64,000 bases of DNA from the NCBI GenBank assembly GCA_044376115.1, contig JBILLK010000041.1:1-64000 (forward strand), written 5' to 3'. A program made the translations under genes and the position numbers. The notes under the pieces are model-generated. The model saw nothing but the letters and a program-made list of their open reading frames with translations, searched no databases and was not told where the DNA came from. Of this stretch, positions 1 to 8,607 are shown one piece after another (within the stretch, counting starts at the first letter, position 1; every line of letters begins with the position of its first letter). The DNA is from Polyangiaceae bacterium. Its GTDB lineage: Bacteria; Myxococcota_A; Polyangia; Polyangiales; Polyangiaceae.

Positions 1-472
1 TCGAACGGCTTGGCGTCATCACCCAAGGCAGGAGCCGAGTGCGTTAGCAGCGCACGCTCGGATCTGTGCGGGGGGCGGCCCGACCCTAATGTGCTAAGGG
101 CCGTCCCTACCGCGACCACGCTGAGCGTTGCGCGGCAGATGCGCGACGGGACCGGGTGCTGGGCCGGCTGGGTTACCGCGTTATCCGGGTATCGCATGAG
201 GCGGTGATGCAGCGGCATGAAGAGGCGCTCGCGGTGATTCGGGCGGCGCTTGTAGCGGTGGTGCCGTAAGGCTGTTGAGGTGCAAAGGCCGGGAGCGCGT
301 GAGGCGGCCCGCTTCCGGCTTGTGCTCGGTGGTTATCAAGGAGCGAGGGAGATTTGAGCGGGCGATCTCGAAGCAGTCTGCGAAAACGGTACGCACGCTG
401 CAGTTCGACGCCCGAGCGAGCCCGGAGAACCAAGCGTTGAGCTGCGATCAGTGCGAACCCCAGTGAGTTCTC

Positions 473-1186
473 TCACTGGCCGTTCTTGTCGTCACTGCCG
501 TCGCTCTCGGGCGCAGGTCCAATGCCCGCGTTCACCCGCGAAGTAGAGGGCGGAGCGTTGGGAGGCGCGAGGGACGGAGTGTTGTCGGGTGCAACGTCTG
601 ATTGGGCGGGAGCTGCATGTTGAGCTTGTGCAGGCTTGTCACCCATCCACGGCGGCATCTGTGAGTCATCATAGAAGTCAATGTCGCCTAAGATTCCCTT
701 GAGGTCGCGAGCGACGCGAAGCGCGACGGCTATCAGTGCGCCGCTCGCTAGGTGCTTGTCGCTGGAAGCTACAAATGTGTCCCAGGCCTGATTGAGCTCG
801 GTTACCAGTTCCGTGTACGTCGTGTCGGCTGCCTCCAGCGCAGCTCGACTCACGTATAGATCTCCCTTGATAGTTTGGTAAGACCAGAGGTTGAACATCG
901 CGTATGCGGACAACAATTCGCCGAACGCAGCGTCAAGCTTCACGCTTCCTTCAGTCCCGTTGATTACTTCAAGAGCAAGCTGTCTCGGATCTTTCACGTG
1001 CGCACCTATCTCGTTTGCTGTTGCGATGCTCTGAATCCAATCAAGCATTGAGGCTGCGCCTGAAGTGGGCGCGCCAGGTCGCGCGCTAACGTCCACCCGC
1101 CTCTGCTGCTCTGATACGTAAAGCTTCGTACGGGGAGTACTCTTTTCGTAAGAGTTTCCAGACGCAAGTTTTGGCGCCCAAAGCAC
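473..1186 (-). CDS. Hypothetical protein (true start may be internal, e.g. MLDWIQS...)
   Basis: 237-aa ORF in a visibly less GC-rich segment; helical core and Pro/Ala-rich tail; no recognised motif. Confidence 0.5.
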   Translation of the reverse strand: MLWAPKLASGNSYEKSTPRTKLYVSEQQRRVDVSARPGAPTSGAASMLDWIQSIATANEIGAHVKDPRQLALEVINGTEGSVKLDAAFGELLSAYAMFNLWSYQTIKGDLYVSRAALEAADTTYTELVTELNQAWDTFVASSDKHLASGALIAVALRVARDLKGILGDIDFYDDSQMPPWMGDKPAQAQHAAPAQSDVAPDNTPSLAPPNAPPSTSRVNAGIGPAPESDGSDDKNGQ

Positions 1187-1339
1187 GCATGTCCCTCGCG
1201 CCGGATGGATGGCGATGGATCGTAGGTACGGAGTACGGCCTTCTCGTGTCGCTCAGCGCCGCCGCCATCGCGGGACGAGACTATCAGCTCGACTGCCGGC
1301 GCGGATGCCCGCAAGCGGTCTGCGTGGTAGTCTTAGGCT

Positions 1340-1567
1340 GTGACAACACGCGAACTTCTCGATGCCGTTCTCGCGCTTCCAGTCGAGGAGCGTGAGAGGT
1401 TTCGCGATGAGCTCGACGCGACGCTGCCAACCGCGGCTGAGCAAGATCCGGAGTTCATCGCGATGATCAATGCTCGCGTGGCCGCGGCCGAGGCGGGCGA
1501 GCCCGGTATTCCGGCGGAGCAAGTGTTCGCTGAGCTGCGAGCGCGCTACGGAACGCCTCCTCGGTGA
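1340..1567 (+). CDS. Addiction-module antitoxin (ParD-like), copy 1
   Basis: 75-aa acidic ORF (LALPVEERE...IPAEQVFAELRAR); GTGA overlap with the downstream ParE-like gene. Confidence 0.8.
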   Translation: MTTRELLDAVLALPVEERERFRDELDATLPTAAEQDPEFIAMINARVAAAEAGEPGIPAEQVFAELRARYGTPPR

Positions 1568-1857
1568 AGCTTGAACTCTCGTTCGCTGCGCGCGAAGACC
1601 TGCTCGCTGGCCAAGACTATTACGACGCTGAACGACCAGGACTCGGCGCTGAGTTTCTCGAAGACCTTGAAGCGGTGATGGCGCGAGCGGCACACTCGCC
1701 GCTGCAGTTCGCAGTCGTCCCGGGGACCAAGGCGCGACGCGCACGCGCCTCACGTTTCCCGTATCTCGTGATCTTTTTCGTGCTGGACGATCGTGTTCGT
1801 GTGGTCGCCGTCGCCCACGAGCATCAACGGCCCAACTACTGGCGCAGCCGTTCGTAG
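1564..1857 (+). CDS. Type II TA toxin, RelE/ParE family, copy 1
   Basis: A.EDL...DYY...RPGLG.EF, RFPY.VIF, V.VVAVAH..QRP.YW pattern typical of ParE-family toxins. Confidence 0.88.
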   Translation: MKLELSFAAREDLLAGQDYYDAERPGLGAEFLEDLEAVMARAAHSPLQFAVVPGTKARRARASRFPYLVIFFVLDDRVRVVAVAHEHQRPNYWRSRS

Positions 1858-1937
1858 CTGCGGTAGCCCTATGGGTTACTTCGCGTCCGGCGGGCGTTAA
1901 AGGGCATCCCTCAAGCCTGGTCCAGCGGTTTTCCCGT

Positions 1938-2427
1938 TCATCGGCCGGTTTGGGCGTCCCATAACGTTGGGTCGTCGCGAACGAACGCGCGATATGGGCC
2001 CATTCCGCATGTTCCAAGCCAACGACCCTTCGATACACGCTTCCAGCAGAGCCAGTCGCCGGGTTCGGCGAGCCCCCAAGGATACAACGAAGCCGGGTAG
2101 TCCGTTGCGATGGCCCAGACCATCTCCGCTGCGGTAGGCAGACGACCTTTCGCCCGACTACAGAATGAATCCGCCCTTGCCCAGTCTACGCAGTTCATCG
2201 GGTGCTGCTCGTTCCCGGGGATTGCGCAGTTGCAGTTTAGCGTCGGGTCCCGTCTCGCGCACTCGGGCATCGAGCAGTCGGCACACTTCACGTAGCGAGC
2301 CACGGTGACTTCGTAGGTATCAAGACAGAATGCCTTCAAAGGCGGCTCGCCCAAGGGGGACTCCCTCGTTCGAGCCGCAGCAACCCAGGAGCAGCAAGAA
2401 GTTGAGCGAGAATAGCGAGCCCTTCAC
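1938..2427 (-). pseudogene. Truncated, frameshifted FGE-sulfatase (SUMF1/CLec-fold) lipoprotein
   Basis: FCLDTYEVTV, HPMNCVDW..A..FC...GRLPT.AE and YPWG motifs in 1938..2354; a lipoprotein-like leader (GTG 2427, LLLLGCCGS) is in another frame, joined at the G5 run 2355-2359; the C-terminal DMAGNV.EW and GFRC half is absent. Confidence 0.65.
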
Positions 2428-2629
2428 GCTAGCGGCTCCCAGGAAAGGCGTGGAGAAGGGCCGGGAAGGGGCGGTCTCGGAGGTCGCAGACGCAATGAAG
2501 GGCCGCATCGTGCAGGTCGCCGCGGGGCCGTTCTTGTGTCGCTGACCGCCGCCTCCATCGCGGAGCGAGACTATCAGCTCGACTGCCGGCGCGGATGCCC
2601 ACAAGCGGTCTGCGTGGTAGTCTTGGGTC

Positions 2630-2845
2630 GTGACAACACGCGAACTTCTCGATGCCGTTCTCGCGCTTCCAGTCGAGGAGCGTGAGAGGTTTCGCGATGA
2701 GCTCGACGCGAGCCTCCCGGATGACGATGAAGACGCAGACCTCCTCGCGATGCTCGATGCTCGGGTTGCATCCGCGCGGGCCGGGGCTCCGGCATCGCCT
2801 GGCGATGAGGTGATCGCGCGACTTCGCGCTCGGCTTGAACGATGA
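2630..2845 (+). CDS. Addiction-module antitoxin (ParD-like), copy 2
   Basis: First 27 aa identical to copy 1; ATGA overlap with toxin. Confidence 0.8.
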   Translation: MTTRELLDAVLALPVEERERFRDELDASLPDDDEDADLLAMLDARVASARAGAPASPGDEVIARLRARLER

Positions 2846-3138
2846 AGCTCGAGGTTCTCCGTGAGGCGGAGGACGAGGCTGCAAGGGAGACCGACTTCTA
2901 CGAGGGAGAGGAGATCGGACTTGGGCGCGCATTCATCGACGACTTGCAACGGACCCTGCGACTCATCACCGAGGGGCCACTTCATTTTCAGCGGTTGCGA
3001 AAACGCGCGAACCTGCGCATGGCCCTCTTCGATCGTTTCCCGTTCAAGGTCATTTACGAAGTCGAGCCTGACATGGTTCGCGTAATCGCGATCTGTCACC
3101 AGAAGCGGCGCCCGCAGTACTGGCGCAGCCGTTCGTAG
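2842..3138 (+). CDS. Type II TA toxin, RelE/ParE family, copy 2
   Basis: AEDE...FYE....GLGR.F, RFPFKVIY, VRVIAICHQKRRP.YW motifs. Confidence 0.88.
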   Translation: MKLEVLREAEDEAARETDFYEGEEIGLGRAFIDDLQRTLRLITEGPLHFQRLRKRANLRMALFDRFPFKVIYEVEPDMVRVIAICHQKRRPQYWRSRS

Positions 3139-3180
3139 CTCGCAGCCTGTTCCGGATCTTCGTCAGCGGCTCGGCGTTCT

Positions 3181-3460
3181 GCCCAGAGTAAATGGGAGCT
3201 TAGCTAAGCTCCTGTCGAGGCCCGGAGTAAAAAGGGAGCTTAACTAAGGTCTAAACCGAGGCCTGGAGTAAAAAGGGAGCTTAACTAAGGTCTAAACCGA
3301 GGCCCGGAGTAAAGAGGGAGCTTAACTAAGGTCTAAACCGAGGCCCGGAGTAAAAAGGGAGCTTAGCTAAGCTCCTGCTCGAGGCCTGGAGTAAAAAGGG
3401 AGCTTAGCTAAGCTCCCTGGCGAGGCCCGGAGTAAAAGGGAGCTTAGCTAAGCTCCTGGG
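3181..3460. repeat. Tandem array of 7 x 41-bp units containing the palindrome GGAGCTTAGCTAAGCTCC
   Basis: Units start at 3216, 3257, 3298, 3339, 3380 and 3421, plus a partial unit at 3181; consensus CGAGGCCCGGAGTAAAAAGGGAGCTTARCTAAG...; non-coding. Confidence 0.95.
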
Positions 3461-3476
3461 CGATCGAGCGCCCCAC

Positions 3477-3554
3477 TTACTTCGCAGAGGCCGCCTGGCA
3501 GCCAGGCCGGCTCGCAGCGCGGCCGCCTACCTCGTATTGGAGCTAGGCGGCTCG
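3477..3554. repeat. REP-like hairpin-forming direct repeat, copy A
   Basis: Near-identical to 4024..4102; identical 33-nt core GCCGCCTACCTCGTATTGGAGCTAGGCGGCTCG forms a stem-loop. Confidence 0.85.
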
Positions 3555-4023
3555 ACCTAACGCTATTGGATTGAGAAGACTGGGTTGGCCCCCTCGGTGT
3601 GCTCGCTCCACTGCGTTACGCTGCGCTACCACTCCCCCTTATCCGGGCTTGCTCCACTGCGTTGCGCTGCGCGCGGATGGGGGAGTCAGCTTGCGGGAGG
3701 CGGGCGGAAGTGCAGCGGTTTTTATCACACTGTCTGGGCTCGCTTGGAGACAGTGGCTACTTGGTAGTACGGGAGCGGCTTGTGGTTTCTTGGAGGCGTG
3801 GGGCTGCGGGCACGCAGGGGCGGGCGCGAACTGGATCGTTCAGCGGCCGTGGTTGCCGTTGCCGCCTCTGGGTTAGAGAAGGTGCAACCTCGGGGATCGG
3901 TCGTCGAATTTAACGTTTTGTTGAATTCGCAGGTCGTTCGGCGACGGATCGAGGGCTCAATTGAGCAAAACGTCCAATTGGACGGCCCATCCCCGAGGCC
4001 GGGCGCTGCCGCAGCTCCCGGGT

Positions 4024-4102
4024 TTACTTCGCAGCGAGCCGCCTCGCAGCCAGGCCGGCTCGCAATGCAGCCGCCTACCTCGTATTGGAGCTAGGCGGCT
4101 CG
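4024..4102. repeat. REP-like hairpin-forming direct repeat, copy B
   Basis: See 3477..3554; lies just past the stop of the minus-strand gene at 4115. Confidence 0.85.
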
Positions 4103-4114
4103 CCTTGACGCTGG

Positions 4115-5704
4115 CTATTGGATTGGGAAGACCAAAGCCCAGGCGTCGTCGTTCATGGCGTCGGTTTGGGTCATGCCGCCGCCCTTATAACCAACGAGGG
4201 CGACGTTGGTGCCGGATACGGCGCCGCTCCAGAATTGGTCGTTGCCGTTGGCTCCGAGGGGGAGGACGTGGATGCCGGTGCCATACTTCGTATCGAGCTC
4301 ACCGTTGGCGTCGAGGACCACGAAGACGGCGTCTTGGGTGGTCATGTTGCTGGGGCCGGTGGATCCGACGATGATGGTTTCTCCGCCGGGGAGGGCGACG
4401 GCGCTGCGTGCGTTGCTTCCGAGCATTGTGCCGGAAGGGTCCACCAGGACGGCGCCGTTGGCGGCTCCGCCCCAGGTCAGATCACGCTCGCCGGTGGTAG
4501 CGTCGAAGCGCAGCGAGACGTAGTCGTTCGTCTCGCCGATGTTGCGGCCATAACCGGCTGTTACGACGTTCTGCCCATGAACGACGAAGTTGTAGATCTC
4601 GGTTTGGGTGGCCAGGATCGCGTCGTGATAGAGGCCGCCGTTGGCGAAGTTGGTGTCGAGCTGGCCGCCCGTCGTGAGCTTGTAGAGCACCACTTGGACA
4701 GAGCCGAGGTCGGGCGTATCGGCATAGCCGCTGCCGATCACCGTACCGTCGTTGAGCGTCTGAATGCCGCGGGCGGTGGCGTTGACCTCTTGGATGTCCA
4801 AGCGGAATTGCCCCGCGGTCCCGAAGGCCGAGGCCACGCTGCCACTTGGCGTGAGCTTGAGCACGGTGAAGTCGGTATCGGTGCGCGGGCCACCGCCGGC
4901 CACGGTGCCGAGCGCGCGCGAGTTGGCGTGGACAAAGATATTGTCGTTGCCGTCGACGGCGATACCGCGCGCCTGATCAATACCCGTTAGCGTGCCACTC
5001 ACGTCGACCGCGTCATTGAGGTTTACGACGGTGACGCCAGCTGTTCCAAAGGTCGTATCGGTGGAGCCGTCGGCGTTGAGGCGGGTGACGGCGACGTCGC
5101 GGTCGGCTGCGTTGACGCTGTTGGCTACGCTCGCTGAGACGATGATCTTGCCGTCGGATTGGGTGGTTATATCGATCTCGTCGGCACCGCCCGCGAAGAC
5201 CACGTTGGTGGTGGCGACGCCTGCGTTGGCGAAGGTTGCATCGAGCCCGCTGGCGTTGAAGCGGACGACGGTGACGGTGCGCGTGCCACCGACGGCTGGA
5301 GCGGAGAAGCCCGCCGCAAGGAAGCTGCCGTCGGGGCCGGCGGTCACGGACTGCAGTTGGTCCGGACCTGCGGAGGAGAGGGGAATCGGGAACGGATCCG
5401 GGGGCGCAAAGGGCTCGCCTCCACCTGCTCCGCCGCCGCCGGTAGTTGCACCACCCGTCGCGATACCGCCTTCGCCAGCGGTGCCGCCGCTACCGCCCGT
5501 CGTCGTGGAACCGCCGTCGCCACCGCTGCCACCTGTACCACCCGTTGCACCGGTGCCGCCGGCTCCGCCACTGGAGCTGTCATCACCGCATGCCGCCATG
5601 CCTGCGACCAAGCATGCTGCCCAACCAAGACCGTTAACCATTCGCATGGGAGTCTTATTAGCGATGTTGAAAGTCGAATTCAATAGCAATAAGCGACCGT
5701 GCAC
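4115..5704 (-). CDS. Secreted lipoprotein with delta-60-like beta-propeller repeats
   Basis: Lipobox-like MAACGDD, Gly/Thr linker, repeated RLNADGS.DTTFG..G and QSDGKIIV motifs; probable start near 5647. Confidence 0.75.
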   Translation of the reverse strand: MHGRLLLLNSTFNIANKTPMRMVNGLGWAACLVAGMAACGDDSSSGGAGGTGATGGTGGSGGDGGSTTTGGSGGTAGEGGIATGGATTGGGGAGGGEPFAPPDPFPIPLSSAGPDQLQSVTAGPDGSFLAAGFSAPAVGGTRTVTVVRFNASGLDATFANAGVATTNVVFAGGADEIDITTQSDGKIIVSASVANSVNAADRDVAVTRLNADGSTDTTFGTAGVTVVNLNDAVDVSGTLTGIDQARGIAVDGNDNIFVHANSRALGTVAGGGPRTDTDFTVLKLTPSGSVASAFGTAGQFRLDIQEVNATARGIQTLNDGTVIGSGYADTPDLGSVQVVLYKLTTGGQLDTNFANGGLYHDAILATQTEIYNFVVHGQNVVTAGYGRNIGETNDYVSLRFDATTGERDLTWGGAANGAVLVDPSGTMLGSNARSAVALPGGETIIVGSTGPSNMTTQDAVFVVLDANGELDTKYGTGIHVLPLGANGNDQFWSGAVSGTNVALVGYKGGGMTQTDAMNDDAWALVFPIQ

Positions 5705-5733
5705 GATTGGCCAGCCGGGGCGGTTCGGCGACG

Positions 5734-6123
5734 CTAGTTCGCCGGTAGAGCTTTGCGTTTGGTTGGCCTGCGACGAGGCTGCTCCATCGCTTTGAGCCGG
5801 CCCCCGACGCTGACGATGGCGTCGATGACCGGCAGTAGCTCGCGGCCGAGCGGGGTGAGCGCGTACTCCACCGATGGAGGGGAAGTCGGCCGGACGGTTC
5901 GCGCGACCACGCCGCGCGCCTCCAGATCACGCAGCCGCGAGGTGAGCACCTTCGCCGAGATCTTCGGCAGGTCGACCCGCAGCTCACTGAAGCGGCGCGG
6001 GCCGGCGCGCAGATACCATATCAAGTTGGGCGTCCACACTCCGCCGAGCAGTTTCATGCAGGTACCGAGCGGACAGTCGGCGGGCTCCGGCGGAGCTGGG
6101 TTTTTGCGTACTCGAAGGGCCAT
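5734..6123 (-). CDS. HxlR-family winged-helix transcriptional regulator
   Basis: CP....LLGG.W..I...L..GPRRFSEL...IS.KVL...LR.LE..G.V.R....SPPSVEY.LT..G. Confidence 0.92.
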   Translation of the reverse strand: MALRVRKNPAPPEPADCPLGTCMKLLGGVWTPNLIWYLRAGPRRFSELRVDLPKISAKVLTSRLRDLEARGVVARTVRPTSPPSVEYALTPLGRELLPVIDAIVSVGGRLKAMEQPRRRPTKRKALPAN

Positions 6124-6132
6124 GCTCGATCG

Positions 6133-6179
6133 TGGTTACCTCGCGGTTACTTCATTATCGTAGTAACCCGAAGTTACCA
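6133..6179. promoter_or_regulatory. Putative HxlR-family operator in the divergent intergenic region
   Basis: Inverted repeat GGTTACT (6145-6151)-N10-AGTAACC (6162-6168), flanked by extra GTTAC half-sites at 6134 and 6172, between the regulator and its likely target operon. Confidence 0.6.
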
Positions 6180-6214
6180 CGTGCGCTGGGCGCGCTCGCG
6201 AGTACCTTCGGCTC

Positions 6215-7279
6215 GTGAAGCAAACTCCCTCGGCTACGAACGTGCTCGGACTTCGTTACCCCATCGTGCAAGGGCCGTTCGGTGGCGGCCTATCGACGAG
6301 CAAGCTCGCGGCGCTGGTCTCGAACGCGGGTGGGCTTGGGTCGTACGGTGCACACTTGCTCGGGCCGGCGCAGCTCGAGGCGTTGGTGCGCGAGCTGCGG
6401 AGCCTCACCGCCGCGCCCTTCGCCGTGAACCTCTGGGTCTCCGATCACGACCCGGGTGGGCTGGATACCAGCGAGGCCAGCTTCGAGCGCATGCTGCAGC
6501 TGTTCCGGCCGTACTTTCGAGAGCTCGGGCTCGACGACCCGGCGCCGCCGCAGCGTTATCAACCCGCTTTCGAACAGCAAGTCGAGGCGCTGCTCGAGGC
6601 GCGCCCGCCGGTGTTCAGCTTTGTCTTCGGCGTCCCGCGTGCGGCGATCCTCGAGGAGTGTCGGCGTCGCTCGATCCTCACCGTAGGCGCAGCGACGTCA
6701 GTCGCTGAGGCTCAGGCACTGGAGCGGGCGGGGGTTGATGTGGTCGTCGCGACCGGGATGGAGGCCGGCGGACATCGGCCATCGTTTCTCGCTCCGGCTG
6801 AAGACTCGCTCGTGGGGTCGTTCGCCTTGACCCAATTGGTTGCACGCCGGGTGAAGGTTCCGGTGATTGCGGCCGGCGGTATTGTTTGCGGGCGCGGAGT
6901 TCGTGCGGCGATCACGCTAGGAGCTAGCGCTGCGCAGTTGGGGACGGCGTTCTTGGTTTGCGAGGAGTCGGGCGCAAGTGACGTGCATCGCGTACAGCTG
7001 TTCGGCGCTGAAGCGGAGCGCACGGTGCTGACGCGGGCGTTTACCGGGCGGCTGGCACGCGGCATCGAGAACCGCTTCACGCGCGAGCTTCGCACCCGCC
7101 TCGATGAGCTTGCGCCCTACCCGATGCAGAGCTGGTTCGTTTCGCAGCTCAAGGCCGCGTGTGTTGCTTCCGGGCGCAGCGACCTGGTCTCGCTCTGGAG
7201 CGGTCAAATCGCGCCCAACCTCGAGCACCGCAGCGCTACAACGTTGATGAACTCAATGATCGAGGAGCTGAGCGTATGA
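6215..7279 (+). CDS. Nitronate monooxygenase (2-nitropropane dioxygenase) family
   Basis: YPIVQGP, VSNAGGLGS, GMEAGGHR, PVIAAGGI, AQLGTAF, TRAFTGR.ARG motifs. Confidence 0.93.
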   Translation: MKQTPSATNVLGLRYPIVQGPFGGGLSTSKLAALVSNAGGLGSYGAHLLGPAQLEALVRELRSLTAAPFAVNLWVSDHDPGGLDTSEASFERMLQLFRPYFRELGLDDPAPPQRYQPAFEQQVEALLEARPPVFSFVFGVPRAAILEECRRRSILTVGAATSVAEAQALERAGVDVVVATGMEAGGHRPSFLAPAEDSLVGSFALTQLVARRVKVPVIAAGGIVCGRGVRAAITLGASAAQLGTAFLVCEESGASDVHRVQLFGAEAERTVLTRAFTGRLARGIENRFTRELRTRLDELAPYPMQSWFVSQLKAACVASGRSDLVSLWSGQIAPNLEHRSATTLMNSMIEELSV

Positions 7280-7893
7280 AGCTTTACTATTTCCCCGGCG
7301 CCTGTTCGTTATCGCCGCATATCGTGGCGCGCGAGGCCGGCATCGCGTTGGAGCTGGTGAAGGTCCACCCTGCCTCGCAGCGCACCGCGAGCGGTGCGGA
7401 CTTTTTGGCCATATCGCCGAAGGGCTATGTGCCGGTGTTAGAGCTCGAGGACGGTCAGCTGCTGACCGAAGGGCCGGTGATTGTGCAGTACCTTTCCGAC
7501 GTAGCGAAGTCGGAGCTCGTCCCGGCCGCAGGCACGATGGAGCGTTACCGTCAGCAGGAGATGCTCGGCTACATCAACTCGGAGCTGCACAAATCCTATG
7601 GGCCGCTGTTCAACCGCAAGACGCCGGTGGAGGTCCGGGATGAGCGCGTGGCCTATCTGAAGAAGCGCTATGCGCTGATTGAGCAGCAGCTCGAGGGGAA
7701 GCACTACCTGTTTGGCGAGCGCTTCAGCGCAGCCGACGCCTACCTCTATACGGTTACTCGCTGGGCCGCCCTGGTGAAGCTGGATCTCTCGGAGTTCCCC
7801 AACTTGATGGCCTTTCAAACCCGGGTCAGCGAGCGACCTCATGTGCGCGAAGCGCTGATCGCCGAAGGGCTACAGAAGACCGAGGCATCGTAG
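7276..7893 (+). CDS. gstA: Glutathione S-transferase (beta class)
   Basis: MKLYYFPGACSLSPHI, PKGYVP.L, EG.VIVQYL, INSELHK; ATGA overlap with the upstream gene. Confidence 0.92.
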   Translation: MKLYYFPGACSLSPHIVAREAGIALELVKVHPASQRTASGADFLAISPKGYVPVLELEDGQLLTEGPVIVQYLSDVAKSELVPAAGTMERYRQQEMLGYINSELHKSYGPLFNRKTPVEVRDERVAYLKKRYALIEQQLEGKHYLFGERFSAADAYLYTVTRWAALVKLDLSEFPNLMAFQTRVSERPHVREALIAEGLQKTEAS

Positions 7894-7917
7894 CAGGAGG
7901 GCTCGCGCCGAGACGGC

Positions 7918-8607
7918 TTGGAGTATGCTTGCGGGCGTTTGATGGCCATCGCTCCTCAACGCTCACGACTGCTGCTCGGCTTGCCGATCGCGCTGAGCTG
8001 CGTGCTCATTGCTTGCCCGCCGATCGAGCTGCGGGTGAGCATCGATGCCGATTCGGTGGAGGGCGCGGTCGCCGATTGTGTGACCGATCTCGGAGGGGAG
8101 CCATGCGGCAACGATGTGTCGTTTGGCCCGTTCTTCGCGAGCACCGAGCAAGGGTTGAACGAGGGCGTCTGCCTCGCCGTGCAGCTGGCGATGGTGGCGA
8201 CGCCGGAGGAGGGTAAAACGAGCTGGCCCAAGGATCGGCGCGCTTTCTCTCGCTGCGTCGAGCTTGAACACGGCATGTCTTTCGGCGCGGCGCTCGACGT
8301 GGCGGTGCAAGCGAGTCTGAAGAACGGCCTCGCGGTGGATGACGTTGAGGGCGCCGAGGATGCGTTCTTCGTGCTGGGGCTGTTTGGTTCGGTCAGCGGC
8401 GAGTGCAAGTGCGACAGCGAAGGGGATGAGCGGCTGATGTCCTGCAGTCGGCTGCGCGAGGACGCCGATGACCCAACGCTCTTTGGCATTACCTGCACGC
8501 AATGTTCGGGGCGCAAGGTCGCCAAAGGCGGGGACTTCGCCTCGTGTGCGGCCTTCGCCGAGGCGCGCTGCTTCTTTGAAGGCTGCGCTGACGTCTTCGC
8601 TCAATGA
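7918..8607 (+). CDS. Cys-rich putative lipoprotein
   Basis: Hydrophobic leader ending VLIAC; many Cys; coupled to the kinase. Confidence 0.6.
   Translation: MEYACGRLMAIAPQRSRLLLGLPIALSCVLIACPPIELRVSIDADSVEGAVADCVTDLGGEPCGNDVSFGPFFASTEQGLNEGVCLAVQLAMVATPEEGKTSWPKDRRAFSRCVELEHGMSFGAALDVAVQASLKNGLAVDDVEGAEDAFFVLGLFGSVSGECKCDSEGDERLMSCSRLREDADDPTLFGITCTQCSGRKVAKGGDFASCAAFAEARCFFEGCADVFAQ

Noticed and set aside
460..479. Hairpin CCAGTGAG-TTCT-CTCACTGG as a terminator or attC site
   Set aside because: It overlaps the stop codon, has no U-tract and lacks attC R/L box architecture
3181..3460. CRISPR array
   Set aside because: Units are contiguous with no unique spacers, and no cas genes are present in the window
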